From assembly GCA_011109175.1 (NCBI GenBank), contig RDEW01000087.1:62162-126000 (forward strand): a stretch of DNA of 63,839 bases, read 5' to 3'. Source of the DNA: Dicyema japonicum (lineage: Eukaryota > Animalia > Dicyemida). Both the position numbers and the translations under genes were made by a program. Under the pieces are notes generated by a model. The model was not told the origin of the DNA, did no database searches, and saw nothing but the letters and a program-made list of their open reading frames with translations. Positions 36,744 through 50,334 of this stretch are shown in pieces (position 1 is the stretch's first letter; every line of letters begins with the position of its first letter).

Positions 36744-37214
36744 TTTTAAAACTTTTCACGGATTCTATATTTTGTCTTTCTCTTTGTTGGTTAGTTTATA
36801 ACAATTATATTCACTATTAAACCAGTAATTTGTGGCAATACAAACAATAAGAAAAGTAACAAAACCAGTCTCTTAATTATGTAAGAAAAGCAGGCGCTAA
36901 ATTAATTTTTCAATTGTAAATCACAGCGACACGATGATAGATAGTACCTAAAACTTTGAGAAATGGTCTTGGGCTCTAAGACGAAGAATGTTTTCATCTC
37001 CTTGTGGAATTTGCAATCGTTCCATATGAGACCAGTCCAAAATGGAGTGTTGGTAAACGATAGTTCATTTATCAACCTCAAATTGAGAGAGCTTGGAAAC
37101 CCCCATTTATCGAGTCGACAGTGGATAATAGCCATATAAATTGATCAAACGTCCAAAACATGATTATCGCTCACCATCCACTATACGAACAAGATAGAGC
37201 TGGAAAACTAATCA

Positions 37215-39328
37215 CTAGGGGTGAAATATTAGATCATTTTTTAGGACATTTTAAAAACAAAATGGTACAATTAGGACATCTTGATAAAAAAATAAAAAAA
37301 ATAATTTAAAGACAATAAACATGGAAATTACGAAAAATGTGTTTTGTTAGAGATTATTATAATTAACTAAATCAAAAAAATCAATTGTAATTAAGTAACA
37401 CTATTCAAGCTGAATTCTTTTCCTCATTGGGCATTGTCCCTTTGTATCACCCTCACTGTTCTCCTCGTATACCACTTCTAAAAGCAAATCACTAGACAAG
37501 ACCAGCTGTTCTCTTGGTTCCTTTTCTACGTCACCTCCGAGTTCAGAGCCTCATGAGAAAAGATGATTAGTCACTCTTGCAACCTCATCATCATAGTTAT
37601 CAACTTTCAGCTCATGTCTATGCTCGATTGTCATGCTCTCTAAAGTTTTTTTATTCGTCAATGATTGGATGTACGCTTTTGTGAAGACATCCACGATGAG
37701 TCTTTCCATATAGGACTTGTGTACTTTGTTATACTCCATCTTCTGTCAAAACAATCGGAATTATTGTCACCTTGACCTTGTTGATTTGTGTTAGTTCTCC
37801 TGCCAGAAGGTCGTATTTGTGAAGTTTTTCCACTTAAACATGTTTTATCAATTCTTGGAATGTGATCCCTACTTTTATTAGTATTATTTCGTTTTTGAAT
37901 TTATTGTGTACGAAATTATCAGATTTGTTATTTTTCACTTGTGTATCTTTCTGTAGTGTTATCTCGACTAGTATTTTAACTTTACTGTTCGAAATAATCA
38001 ATTGTACTGTATGCGTCCTTACCATCTTGGTTCTTTTAATTCCAAATTGACGATAGGTGTATACTTCTTACAACTTCGTTATGTCGCCGCATGTACGCAC
38101 CGCTAAGCATCTTGGTACACCGTGTAGTAAAGTTATTTAGACTTTTTTGGCCATACCACAATGACTGCAATTTGCTTTCATCTTTTCAAAGAACAGATTC
38201 CGGTCCTGTATCATGGAGTACATTACTTCCGACCTTGGACTATTGTTTGCCTCAGTAAGCCATTCTGTTGATATATTGACATAGACATTCGTAATGTCAA
38301 AACACTGAATGAAGCAATTTCTGATTAGTCTTTTCCAAATAATTCTTCTTTTGATATTCCTTTATGATATCAGTGTTCAAATTAAATCATCCACAGGGTT
38401 TTTGAGTGCAAAAAATCTGTATTCATTTGTTTTAAGACCCGCAAGATTTATGTCCTTCAAAGACACATGGAAAATCAATTTTTACATGATTTCACAATGT
38501 ACAAAGTATCTGTTTTACGAATTTTCCCGACAATTAAATTTAAAATCATTTTACCGTTAATGTTGCATTCATCTATAATTGTTTGTTAAAAAGTATTTTC
38601 TGTAGTTTTATAATATGAAGATCATGGTTTATGATTATTATTTTCGGATTGTTGTAACAGACGGGATATTATTATTTAGTTTAAGAAATATCTTTTTTAT
38701 ATAACTATTCCCTTATTTTTGAAGTGCAATATCGACATTTAAAAATGCTTTAACCAAAAGGATATTGGTTTTCTTCGTTATCTTAAGTAAGAAAATGTTA
38801 AATGGTCTCTACATTTAGTAATTAATCTGATGTCTTTTTTTATTAAGATGAAGTTCAGTGTAGTATTGTTAAATGATTTTACTATTTTTGAATATTTTTT
38901 GCGAAATAAATCTCCTATAGGTGTTCTTGTGAATATGTTTGAGTTTTTGAAATTGCTTTTGAAATTCGTCCCTTATTTTTTGTTGAGTTCTAATAGTTTT
39001 AATAATGCAGAAAATGGAAACCTGTAAATAAATGAAGACTGATAATACATAAAAAACAAATTATAAGATGTAAATTAAATGAAATGGACAAAAACTAAAA
39101 AATAATTATAATAAATATGTACTATTTTAGGACAATTTCATCTTTGAAATACGACATAAATGAAGACTGCAAATACATAAAAAACAAATTATAAGATGTA
39201 AATTAAATGAAATGGACAAAAACTAAAAAATAATTATAATAATTATGTTCTATTTTAGGACAATTTTATCTTTGAAATACGACAAATAAAACATTGTCCT
39301 ATTTTTTTCTAATAGGACAATTTCGCCC
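37215..39328. mobile_element. MULE-like non-autonomous insertion (about 2.1 kb) with 9-bp TSD
   Basis: AACTAATCA flanks both sides (37206-37214, 39329-39337); imperfect TIR GGGYGAAAT with aggaca repeats; empty paralogous site at about 21725-21745. Confidence 0.6.
37500..38330 (-). mobile_element. R4/NeSL-like (RLE) LINE C-terminal region nested in the MULE-like insertion
   Basis: CSHCG....NNFTTRCTKML..AYMRRHNEVVRSIH; THTVQ.IISN..V.I.V..T.Q.DTQVKNNKSD.FV..K.KNEI.LI.VGIT; KAYIQS...KKTLESM. Confidence 0.8.
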
Positions 39329-39639
39329 AACTAATCAAACTGCCTCATCATCCAGCAGGTTGCTAATTTCATTTATTTTAATTACAATTTTTTTGACTGT
39401 TCGTCGTTACCTAAAAGGAGGATAGGATATGATCGTTCAAATATAATAGATTTAAAAAGAGTATTAAGAATATAATTAATCCAAGTTTTACTTTATGGAA
39501 TATGTCTAATTGTCATAATTTATATGCACATGCTTATTATTAAGCACTCTTACTCTCACATTTTAATGACAAAACATGTTCATATCGTAGAACTAGTTAT
39601 CTTATTTCACGTTATTCTGTCATTAGCAATCTCCCAATG

Positions 39640-41100
39640 AACACTCAAGAAACACTGAATGCAATTAAAAAAGTGAAAGATGAAAGATCGACTGTACCAT
39701 AGAATATCATAGCCGAACTTATAAAGTATCCCCCAATGAAGTTGGTAACAATCATTACCAATATACTTAACGAAATATTTGAAGAAAAAACTACGTTAGA
39801 CATTGACAAGGGTTGGTTAATTCCACTGCAAAAACAGGGAAAACCCAAAGGTTTCCGTTCCAACCTATAACCAATCATCCTACTAACTACGCTGCGAATA
39901 ATCTTGTCAATCATTACATTGGAAAAAATAAAAAACAAATTAATGTATTTTCTGTCACCAGGACAAAGTGGTTTCTGGTCAGGCAGATCCACTGCCGATG
40001 TCATTTAAACAGACAGATGGTCAAGTGCTCTATGCCAAAAATATAAAAAGTGCATAGATGTTTCCATAAACATGTTTAGAGCGTTTGATTCAGTTCATAG
40101 ATGCAAACTTCTCGAAGTACTCACAAGTATCCTAGCAACGGATGATGTAAAAATTATACAAAAACTACTGCGAATACGCAAATAATAACCAAACTCGAAA
40201 TAACTACTTTAGAATTCTTTTATACTTAACAAGGAATTCCGCAAGGAAAATCTTTGTCATCAGTTCTATTCATAGTCTATCTGGAGGCTGCACTGAGAGA
40301 TTTCAGGGCTTTAATTGAGAACAACAAAATAATCGAGTTAATATATGCAGACGATCTTGACTTTGTTTCTGAAGATGTTGAGATTCTTCATCACGTTCTC
40401 AAGAACTTACCAAATGCCTTTTCTAAATGGTTCTTAGTTGTCAACCAAAACAAAACTGAATATACAAAACTTTTACGAGTTATACGCACTTACGATGAAT
40501 CGTGGAGAAGGCATAAAAAAGTTACTTCACTACTTGTAGACTCAGAAGATACTACCCACAGAAAAATCCTTTACACTGCTGCTTATAAAAAATTCTTAAC
40601 TATCTGGCGTTCTAAGAAGAGCATAACTACGAATACAAAGCTAAACTGTATAAAACATTAGTGGTTCCAGTCCTGACATACAACTGTGGGACATGGGGGA
40701 CTACGAAAAGGAAAATGGACAATCTCGATCAATTTCAGAGAAATCAACTAAGAAACATCTTGAGAATACATTCCCCGAAAAAGATATCAAATTCAGAACT
40801 GTACAAAAGATGTGGCTTAAGGCCATTATCAGAGGAGATTCTCAAGGCTAGGACGAGACTTTTTGGTCACATCTTACGAATGGATATGGTGATTCCACCT
40901 AACATAACAATGGAGAAGTATTTCGCACAACTGAAGGGATCATTCCATGGCAGGCCTAGAGTGACGTTGCCTTCAGTACTAAATAAATGACCTAATCCGA
41001 ATTAACAAAACTCTACGAAATGGTAGATCTTGACTCACTACGTGCAATGGCCCGGAACAGGGTTCATGGAAGAGGATGTGTGGGAGGATATTGACGTGGC
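39640..41100 (+). mobile_element. RTE-like LINE RT and C-terminal region, decayed
   Basis: SPGQSGFWSGRSTADV, SSVLFIVYLEAALRD, YADDLDF, VLTYNCGTWG, RLFGHILR, GRPRVTLP. Confidence 0.88.
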
Positions 41101-41259
41101 ACATGGGAACTTAATTAATCTAATTAATTTTTGATTTCCCGGGAATGCTTAAAAAAAGGAAAAAAAAGACTTGAATTCTCCTATTATAAAAGGATGAATA
41201 ATAAGATGGAACTGCATCGATCGTAATATGAATTTAACATTGGAGATAGCGTATTCAAT

Positions 41260-41419
41260 TTATAATTACTTAAAAGGTTCGTATTCAGAAGGACTATGAA
41301 CTAATCATTCACTTATAATTACTTAAAAGTTTTGTATTCAGAAGGACTATGAACTAATCATTCACTTATTATTACTTAAAAGGTTCGTATTCAGAAGGAC
41401 TATGGAACTAATCATTCAC
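41260..41419. repeat. 3 x 53-bp tandem repeat
   Basis: Unit ttataattacttaaaaggttcgtattcagaaggactatgaactaatcattcac. Confidence 0.95.
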
Positions 41420-42654
41420 AAGGTTTGAGTATCCCTATGGAGATGCTGTCACTATTGTTGCAAAATTGTCCAAAAATTTTGTCAATGTTAAAGATAGTGA
41501 GGGAATAGTGAAGAAGGTACATTCTAAACGCCTTAAAAATAAAATTATCAATAATTAGTTATTGTTTGATTTGAAATAATTGATTATTTACTTTTTTGAC
41601 AATGATTGACATTGATTTGAGCTGTCAAAGGTAACGTCTGTGGCTCGTGACATATTACGTTAGAAAAATCTTTCCCACTGAGATGTTAATATGTGAATGA
41701 GAAGATGGAACTATTATTAAAAAAATAGAAGAGACTTGGTTAATTTAGATACAAAATAAATGATTTTTTATAAAAGACAATTATTTAATAAAGAAACGAA
41801 TAATTCCGTATGTATTAAATTTCATTAAACATACTCAAATAGCAAAGTTTGATGAGTTGTACCTTTTTAGAAGATTCTATATGGATTTGATCCGTCTTAT
41901 TTTAAAAAATTAAGACAGATAATTCTTGGACATTACCTTCTTTATATCTGACAAATAATACATATTACTATAAGCTATCAAACATGATGAACCAATTAAA
42001 TATAATCACACATAAACTAATAGACAGATGATTCTTGGACATTTCCTTCTTTATATCTGACAAATAATAGATATTACTATAGGCTATAAAACATGGTGAA
42101 CCAATTAACTACAATCATACATAAACTAATCTTATTACTGGACTTCAATATCACCATTCGGCATGAGAGATCAGATTTTTTAGTCAGCATTTCACTTCAA
42201 TTTTTAATAATCCGGATATGTCTAAATTATGTAGTTCCCACGGTCGGAGTGGGACGCGTACTTATTCAGCATCCCATCTAATCATATCCGCCATTGTGAC
42301 AACCCCTTAACTAAGATGGAAGATGCGAGTATGTCAGGTACTATGAATTTTCTTGAGTTTAATAAGTTCCATGACACTTCCCCTAACCTTTAGTTTATCG
42401 ATTCTTATTAGTTCTTAATAGAGTTAAGAAGTTATGATAATTTACAATGTGTTATCACATCAACAATTGACCTGATTAGTAACATAACTCTAAATCATAA
42501 GAAATATTATATTTTGTGAATTCAATTAAAGTCTTTTAAAATTAGAAGTATCATCATTGCAATAAATAATGATGTTACAAAATAACACACGTTGTTCTCT
42601 AATTTGATTTTTTCATCAAAAGTAAGGTAACTATAGATTCCATGAGTAGCATTC

Positions 42655-43190
42655 TTTTATTTAACAACCCAAGACCACTGAAAACCAAATAATTATCACG
42701 TAATTACGATACATTTTAACAGCGACCTATCTTTGCCCGGTGTTCTTCCTTCGTGCTCGCGCATGAATGTACATAACTGATTGATTTTTCAGGGCCAACT
42801 ACCCGTGATTTCGAGTCTAGTCTAATAGGCTCCTCCAGAGGGTGTCGGCCCGGATCGGTGATCTCCACAAATCCGACGCTCTGTTACTATGAAGCACTCT
42901 TTTGCATTTCCTCGATTTTCCTCATAATTGTTCTAGATATGGAGGTCTCACGAGGCGCATACATATGAGAAACATGTCTTTATGTACTGTGTGTACAAGT
43001 TCATCAAGATCGGATGAGAACCACTTCTCAATATTTCCAATAAACTTTTCAATATGTTCAGTTTATTCTCGCATTTCAAACGGATACTTTCTACGTGTAG
43101 TGTCAGACAAAAAAGGCACTTCAAGTGTCACACCCACGATCAATTGTCATCTGTTGAAAAAAATGTCGACCTTGTTTAACTAAAAGACAT
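42655..43190 (-). mobile_element. Diverged I/Jockey-group LINE 3' end
   Basis: Homologous to 1980-2520, including the cccaagaccac tail. Confidence 0.7.
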
Positions 43191-43409
43191 AAATCATTGA
43201 AAGACGTACCAATAAAATATTATTTTTTCCAATTTGTTTAAAAACTAAATTAAAAATAATGGCCAAGTAATAATTGAATAGGATTTTTTTAGAAAATTTA
43301 AAAAAAAGTGGACAATTTAAAGATATGCCATTGCGAGGGTTTACTGTTTACGGTTATTTTAACATTACTTACCCAATTTTAATCACAAGATAAAAAATTA
43401 AAAATAAAA

Positions 43410-44085
43410 TATTAAAAATTAAGTAATATTGATCTACTGAGTTTGACAGGTAAACAATGGCAATGATTATAATAAATATTATAATAATACTGAGATTGTT
43501 TGATTATGTGATTTACTTTTGATTGGAAAGACAATATTATAAGACGAATTTGAACAAAATCCCACTAAAATAAATAAAAACTGTTACGGAATTTATTGGT
43601 TCCTTAACCATAGATTATTATGGTTTTTAAACAAGAAATATTGAGGGAAACATCAAAAGAAAACCTTTTAAAAATTATTTGACTAGTATAATCATTTAAA
43701 TAATGAATCAATTGTCTATTAAAAGTAATCGTATAATTAATATTATCTACGAATAAATAATTATAATTACAAATAGATAGTTCTATCTTTTCAAGGTAAT
43801 ATTGCCTACCAGACAACAAACAAAATGTGAAATACACATTACACTCTTGTGATGACAAAACAAGGACAATTTTATGTTTTAATGAAATTCTACTCAATTT
43901 TGCATTTTCATTATTCAATATATAATTCATTATCTAATAATTAAAATTAAGATACGACTTTATCCTTTTTTTATAATTTACAATTATATTCGAAAATAAA
44001 AATGATTTATAATTAGCATAACTTGCAATGCAGTAAAACCTCATTAATAAAAACAAAACCAATATCGATGCCTTTTGGATTTTGA
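43410..44085 (-). pseudogene. Divergent surface-protein family copy without stalk repeats
   Basis: FLFSNIIVNY/KDK|25-nt intron|IMNYILNNEN...QYYLEKIELSI.NYN..FVD...QIIFKRF..LNISCL, then GFCSNSS..FPIKSKS and the TM-coding cagtattattataatatttattataatcattgccattg. Confidence 0.7.
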
Positions 44086-44299
44086 AGGGAATAAAAATAC
44101 TAAATTCATTTTAATTTATTTTTATTTATTCATATATCAGAATAATAATAATAATAAAGTAGCACCACATAACGCCACGCGGCGATTTTAGAAAGATTTT
44201 AAATTTATAATGTAAATCCGTTTAAAAGTAGAATAAACACAAAATAAATAAATCTGAAATTTTTAATTTTTCGTCATGTGGTACACTGTTTGGTGACGT

Positions 44300-45640
44300 A
44301 AATTGTGGAGTATATATTCCAGACAAAAGAACAATGCACTACGTTAAATCCAAAAGGAATATCTTTTTTGGTCGGTCGTCCCACTGGCCTTTTTCTTGTC
44401 TTGATGGATGTCCACCTAATGCTTTACCGGCTATGTAAACCCTAATCCTGGACCTCCAAAACCCATTATTTTGATTCAAATAAACATGAATGGAGTTAAA
44501 GGGAAAATGCTCGAACTTAAAACTTCTTAAAAATTATAATACTGACATTTACCTACTCCAAGAAACAAGAAAAACTACGTTTTCTTCCACTTCCGTCTCC
44601 AGGCGTGACAGTTCAGCTGACCGGGGTGATGGACTGCTTACCCTTATCAAAAAGAAGAAATTCCGTACGCAAACGAAACTTTTGTCAATCTCATGTCTCC
44701 CGTAGAATATATTGGTATTTCAGTCAGGACAAGTATCGGAAACATAAACATTTTGAATGTGCATGTACCTAACTCATGCCCCAAGGAATTCAGTTTCTCC
44801 ACTTAAGACAAATCAAAAAATATGTTACTTTGTGGAGACCTAAACGCAAACCATTCGACATGGTTCAAGAACCAACCATGCGATGTCAGAGGAATCTGGA
44901 TGACCAGTAATATTAACAACCCTATTTTAAATCAAGGACTCCCTGAAGAGCGAATGACAAGACATCGTCCCCCCCCCCCGATCTTACTCTTGCCTCACCA
45001 AACATCGCAACATTAACAAAATGGACAGTGCTATACGAGACCAGCAGTGACCATAATCCCGTTTGATTACGTTTGAAGGAAGAGTGTCAATTGTAAAGAA
45101 ACCTGTTTTATTTACCGACTACAAAAATGTCGACTGGGAATAGTTATCAAATTTTGTCGACTATTATGTACTTGACTTTCATTTATCCAATTTCAACATC
45201 GATAAAGCACTACGTTTTTTAATAGAGTGGTACGCGAGGGAATGAAAATTTGTATTAAAAGAAGGCCACTGACCCCAAGAAAGATGCCTTCTTCCAGAGC
45301 CGATCCACTCATAAAAGAAAGAAATTACCTAAAAAGTCTCCAAAAACAATTCTGGGAAACAAGATTGAGAATTCGTAAATTAGAAAGAGAGATCAGGAAC
45401 AATGCAAAGAAAAAACAAGAGAAAGTTTGGAAAAACTTCATTTCCAATCTAAACAAGCAGAACTCCCTTACAAAAGTGTGGAAAACACTTAGAAGCTTTA
45501 TTAACGGTGACAACCCGGCCGCACGTGAAGAAATGGAAACAAGATCTTCCTAAATAAACTTATTAAGTACTACTCCTCCACGAGTTTCATCCACACAAGA
45601 AATTCGAAGGTCCATCCATCCTAGCACTCAAACCTAAAAG
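44300..45640 (+). mobile_element. I-group LINE ORF2 N-terminus (2A-like motif, APE, linker), decayed
   Basis: GYVNPNPGP directly before ILIQINMNGVKGK..ELK; YLLQET; LLCGDLNANHSTW; PDLTLAS; SSDHNPV. Confidence 0.8.
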
Positions 45641-45689
45641 AGCCACCTCCCTGATGATCATCTCTGTAGAGAACTTGTAGAAAATAGTT

Positions 45690-46670
45690 AATGGTCAAAA
45701 GTCGACTTATTTTTGCGGTCCGGAAGGAATCCTACCAAAGAAATTGCTCCAACCACTGAGTCGGTGAAACGTATTGTAAAAGATGGAAAAATACTTCGTG
45801 TTGTGAAGATGAGCATAAAGTCAAGAGCAAAAGCTACGTCCTCGATACCCATGGGTCTTGTCATTGGGTGGATGAAATCGATTGTGAATGGGCCAGAAGA
45901 CCACCCCCCAGGTGCTTTAATTGTCAGTATTTCGGACACGATACAACGCAAAGAGATGTTTCTTCTGTGGAGGACCACACAGTTCCCCGGAATGGCTGGA
46001 ACCGAACAATAGATCTTGTATCACCTGCAGGTCCGGTGATCACGAAACGGGTTATGGTAACTGTCTGATGGCTAGAAAAGCCATGGCCTCTATAGGAAGA
46101 GAAACTAAATGTCATGGGTTAAATGTGAAGGAGAAGAGAAAATCCCCCTTCACCACGTTGCCTAGATTCGAAGTCTAGAGAAAACAAGCAGGATGTAATA
46201 ATCAAAAATTCTACCTCTAAACTATGATATTATGAATCCAACACAGAAAAGGCCAATTGTGGATAAAGACACCTGGAGCATAAGCTAAAAAGGTCCTGCT
46301 GGGAACCTATTCAGTAGGCATTTGTAAGAAAGGAACTTACATAAATGATTAACTGTCTGAACTAAGTGTGTGACAAGGTAAATTAATATTTCATAAGGAT
46401 CATGTTCGTGGATGCCTAAAGAGATCAGACCTCCAAGACCAGTGATCCAAAACATAAGGAACATGTTTGTGAATGCCCGATCAATCATGAGGAGACATCA
46501 CGAGGATGTTCCCTCGCGAATGCCGAGGAAGATGATATAATACGAAGATGAAGTCAGATGAGAATACGGTAATCCCGGGATTCTAATCTATATCTTTATA
46601 CTGGCAAGAAGGGGCTATACCAGCAACTGGTACATCAATTTTTATCGGTGTCATCTTAAGACAAGGAATC
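45690..46670 (+). mobile_element. LINE ORF1 (three CCHC knuckles) and start of APE
   Basis: RCFNCQYFGH, RCFFCGGPH, CITCRSGDH...NC; later VNARSI. Confidence 0.75.
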
Positions 46671-48767
46671 CGAGAATTGTCGCATTAGTTTTGTTATGAG
46701 TTTGTTGGCCCTGTTCTCATGTTATACGACAATTATTAACCAATTCTATTAATCAATGATACACAATCATTATCCATGTTTCTAAAGCTAACGAAGATTC
46801 TATAATTAATTTCATATGTCTTTACTTTCATAGAACAAACTATTACAACTTTTATCAATATTTTAAGAAATGGATCAAAAACCTATTTGGTAGTGCAATA
46901 TGAAAAACAATTGTTTTTGTGTCATTACTGTTGGGTTCAAAACTCAAATACTATTTCTCCCNCTTTTAACAAATGGATCAAAAACCTATTTAGTAATGCA
47001 ATATGAAAAACAATTGTATCTGTGTCTTTACTGTTCGGTTCAAAACTCAAATACTATTTCTCCCCAATTTGCAACTTCTAGCTGAACTTTGACACGTCAC
47101 TCAATTTTCGAGAAAAAATTACAATTAAAATCTCAGTTTTAAGGAATATAATAAATTTAATCCAATTGATAATAGAATTGGAAAACAAAGATGATGTTTT
47201 TTAGAGATCACTTATGAATACATAACCTACTGTATCTTTAACAATTTACCCAAGAAATCTTACCTTTCCACTTCTTAAAATAAAAAATTGCAATCACACT
47301 AAACTATCTCTTCAGAAAATACGGAAAAGGCTTAAAGGAAGAAATACAGTGCTAATAAACAGTTCACGTACGAAAAGTGGAAAGATAAATAAAAAGTTTT
47401 TGTTATTTTCGGATCGTTGATGATGGTGTCATTTGTAAATCCCATGAACATTTAGATGCATGAAATCTTAAACAGGAATTGACAGAACAAGATTCCAACT
47501 ATGAATATTCAGGATTTGGAATTGTTCATTTTAATAATATCAACCTCTTTTACATACATTGATTGTTAACTCTAAATGAGTGAGTTCTTCAGAATATTTC
47601 AACACTTTTTTATGCTTATTTCGTAAAAAAACAGACATGATTAAAGTTACTCTTGGATGTTTAATTTAATTAATTAAATTTGTGACAAGTAAATTTACTC
47701 TTACTAGACGATATTTTAACCAAGAGTGTATTTGACATTTTTGCATTACGGAACTTTGTATATCGAATGTCTTACAAAATTTATCATTTCTGTTACGTAG
47801 ATGAAAAGAATAGAAACGATGAGTTCCATCAATCTTTAAGAAATTAAAATATCGGAGGTACGTTTCCGCATCAACTTTTGACAACTAACAAAATACATCA
47901 ACTTGCCAAAATAAAACTAATACTAATTTTGGTAGTGGAAAGTTAAACCAAAGTTAATAAATCGAGTAATAATAGTAAATTTAAATCCAGTCAGAAATAA
48001 ATACTAATAAACATTATTTTAAAATAAAACGACTTAAAGGAAGACTCAGAACAAATTTTGACAGTCTCTCTTGTATTTTGATCACCTTGAGATTTTCCTT
48101 CCCGAAAGGACAAAATAAATTAATTTCTTCCTGCGACCTTTCCAGTCCCTCTGGCAATTTTCAGAGATACATAATTGATTTGCAAATAAATAATCTACAT
48201 GCTCTTGTAAGTGCCCGAAAGTTCAGCTGTTAATACATTCCGTTCATTTCGATTCCCTTCTGGTCGGTATTTTGACTTCATTAGTTATATCAACATTTGG
48301 GTACCGCTCCCAGAGAAGAATTTTTCTTTCTAAAAAACTCTCCCACACTTCGATCAGTCACGGCATTTTTACTTTTAGTAATCTTCTTTGTAGGATCTCT
48401 TTTTACAACACGTTTAACAACACCACAACCACGCTTATTAACGGGAATTCTTAAAATAGACCCATCTTGCATTTCTGCAGTTTACAAGTCAGCTTCGAAT
48501 AATTTCCAGTTGTTAGACAACTAGATATAATTAAATTATTAATTTTTAAGGTAAAAAAATTAATTAACAATAAAATATTATTGATTAACTATGTCAGCGG
48601 CTGATGACTTTACAGAATAAGCGTTTCCGCGACAACTGCGATCCCAATTCGTTCCTCAGCGAGACCGCTTCCCGCAAAAAAATAATTTATATTGTTTTAT
48701 ATATTTTTACTAAAATATATTATAATGTTTTATAAAATAACCTAAATAAATAAATAATAACCTATAA

Positions 48768-49575
48768 ATGACCCTATCTCTTTGTGGACATGAATTATTA
48801 ATTTTTTTAATAAGTACTGTAATTTTATATCAAATGGTTTATACAAATTTGGACTTTGATCATTTAAACTATTATCCATTTGTATCTCATAATGCAAATT
48901 CAAAATTTATAAACCGATTACTTGGAATATTCATAACAAACCACTTTTAACTTCCAATATAACAGTAACATTTATGAAAGATTATAAAGTCTGTAATTTT
49001 CTATTAATATTGGAATATGAAGTTTATGTTTAATAAGGAAAATTCCAAATTAATTATAATTTCATCAAAAGAAAAAAAATTGTTCTATTTTCATCAGCGA
49101 GAGATATCAATTTAAATTTAACAGTTCGCTTAGCGCCTGATGGCCAATATTAACTTGACAAGATAGAACTTTTTTTGTAATTATAATTTTTTTTTTTTAA
49201 TTTAATTATTCATTTTAGATAATAATAAATATATGATTACAATTGATTGATAATAATCATTTTTATTATTGTCAAATTACTTTTTTTAAAGTTTTCTCGT
49301 ACAATTTCTCTTAATATTTCTTGTTTAGGAACCAAAATAATCAATAATGAAAAAACTATTAAATTTATCCCAATTGGTTAATATTTATATATTTTAGTGC
49401 AATCTTGCATAAATTCCACTAGTAAAACACTTTTTCCAAATATTAATAGAACCAAAATGAATGATAAACCGTCTACTCAAAAAGTGATAACTCGTTATAT
49501 TAAACCATCATATAAACCAGAATGCCATAATATCAGTATTTTGCTTTGTCATTGATATCATTGCTTTGATATTAA
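48768..49575 (+). pseudogene. Surface-protein family copy, divergent, multiple frameshifts
   Basis: MTLSLCGHELLIFLISTVILYQMVYTNLD; MKFMFNKENS; QY*LDKIE; FYYCQ; both tiny introns at the conserved positions. Confidence 0.75.
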
Positions 49576-50334
49576 TAATCACAGTCATTGTGTTATGTTA
49601 CAGAAGAGGCAAATATAGGTTATTCACTAAGACTAATTAATTGTATTTATATGGGGGTTTGTTTTATTTGATATTAATGATTATAAGTATTCTCTAATAA
49701 ATAATGTGATTAACCATTATTGATTAAGAAAAATTAATAATTTCATTTTTTGAGTTAACACGTTAAATAAATTATTCTACTGGATGCAAGTTTTAGAGAA
49801 TTTTTATTTTGGTTAAGCAGATTTAATAAGAATTCGAGTTTTTTGGGTTTAATGATATATAGTTGACCTCATTATAAATATAAGTGATTTTGAGTAATTT
49901 ATCAATAAGTTTCTACCAACTACTAACTGTTTAGAACTCGAGGAATAATAATCCACAAATCAATCCATGCTGCACAGGCGTGCTCGATACTAAGTAGAAC
50001 AAATTGTTTGTATAGAAGCTCTAACGATAAGCGATAAGATACTCGAGAGTGAGTGAAAACCAAAGACCCATTAGGTATAATAGAACTTGGATCGTGTCGC
50101 ATCCTCGATTCGAAGATGTTTCACTGTGACTACGAGATCATCCGCATACGATAAAGAATTGTGTTTTTGGTGTTTGAGGATGGGAGGTCACTGAAGACCA
50201 TGTTGAAGAGCATTGTTGATAACTGTGATCCTTGTGGAAGTCCATTTGGAAGGATTTCTACTCTACATCCATTGATACCAAGAACCGTCTCTCGTTTGAT
50301 TTTCGGTTATTCAGGAGGAGGACAGACCTATCGT

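Noticed and set aside
41260-41419. 53-bp repeat as CRISPR or iteron array
   Set aside because: Head-to-tail with no spacers; an ordinary minisatellite.
48595-48690. tRNA or snRNA gene
   Set aside because: No T-loop (GTTCRA), no convincing cloverleaf and no recognisable U-snRNA motif.
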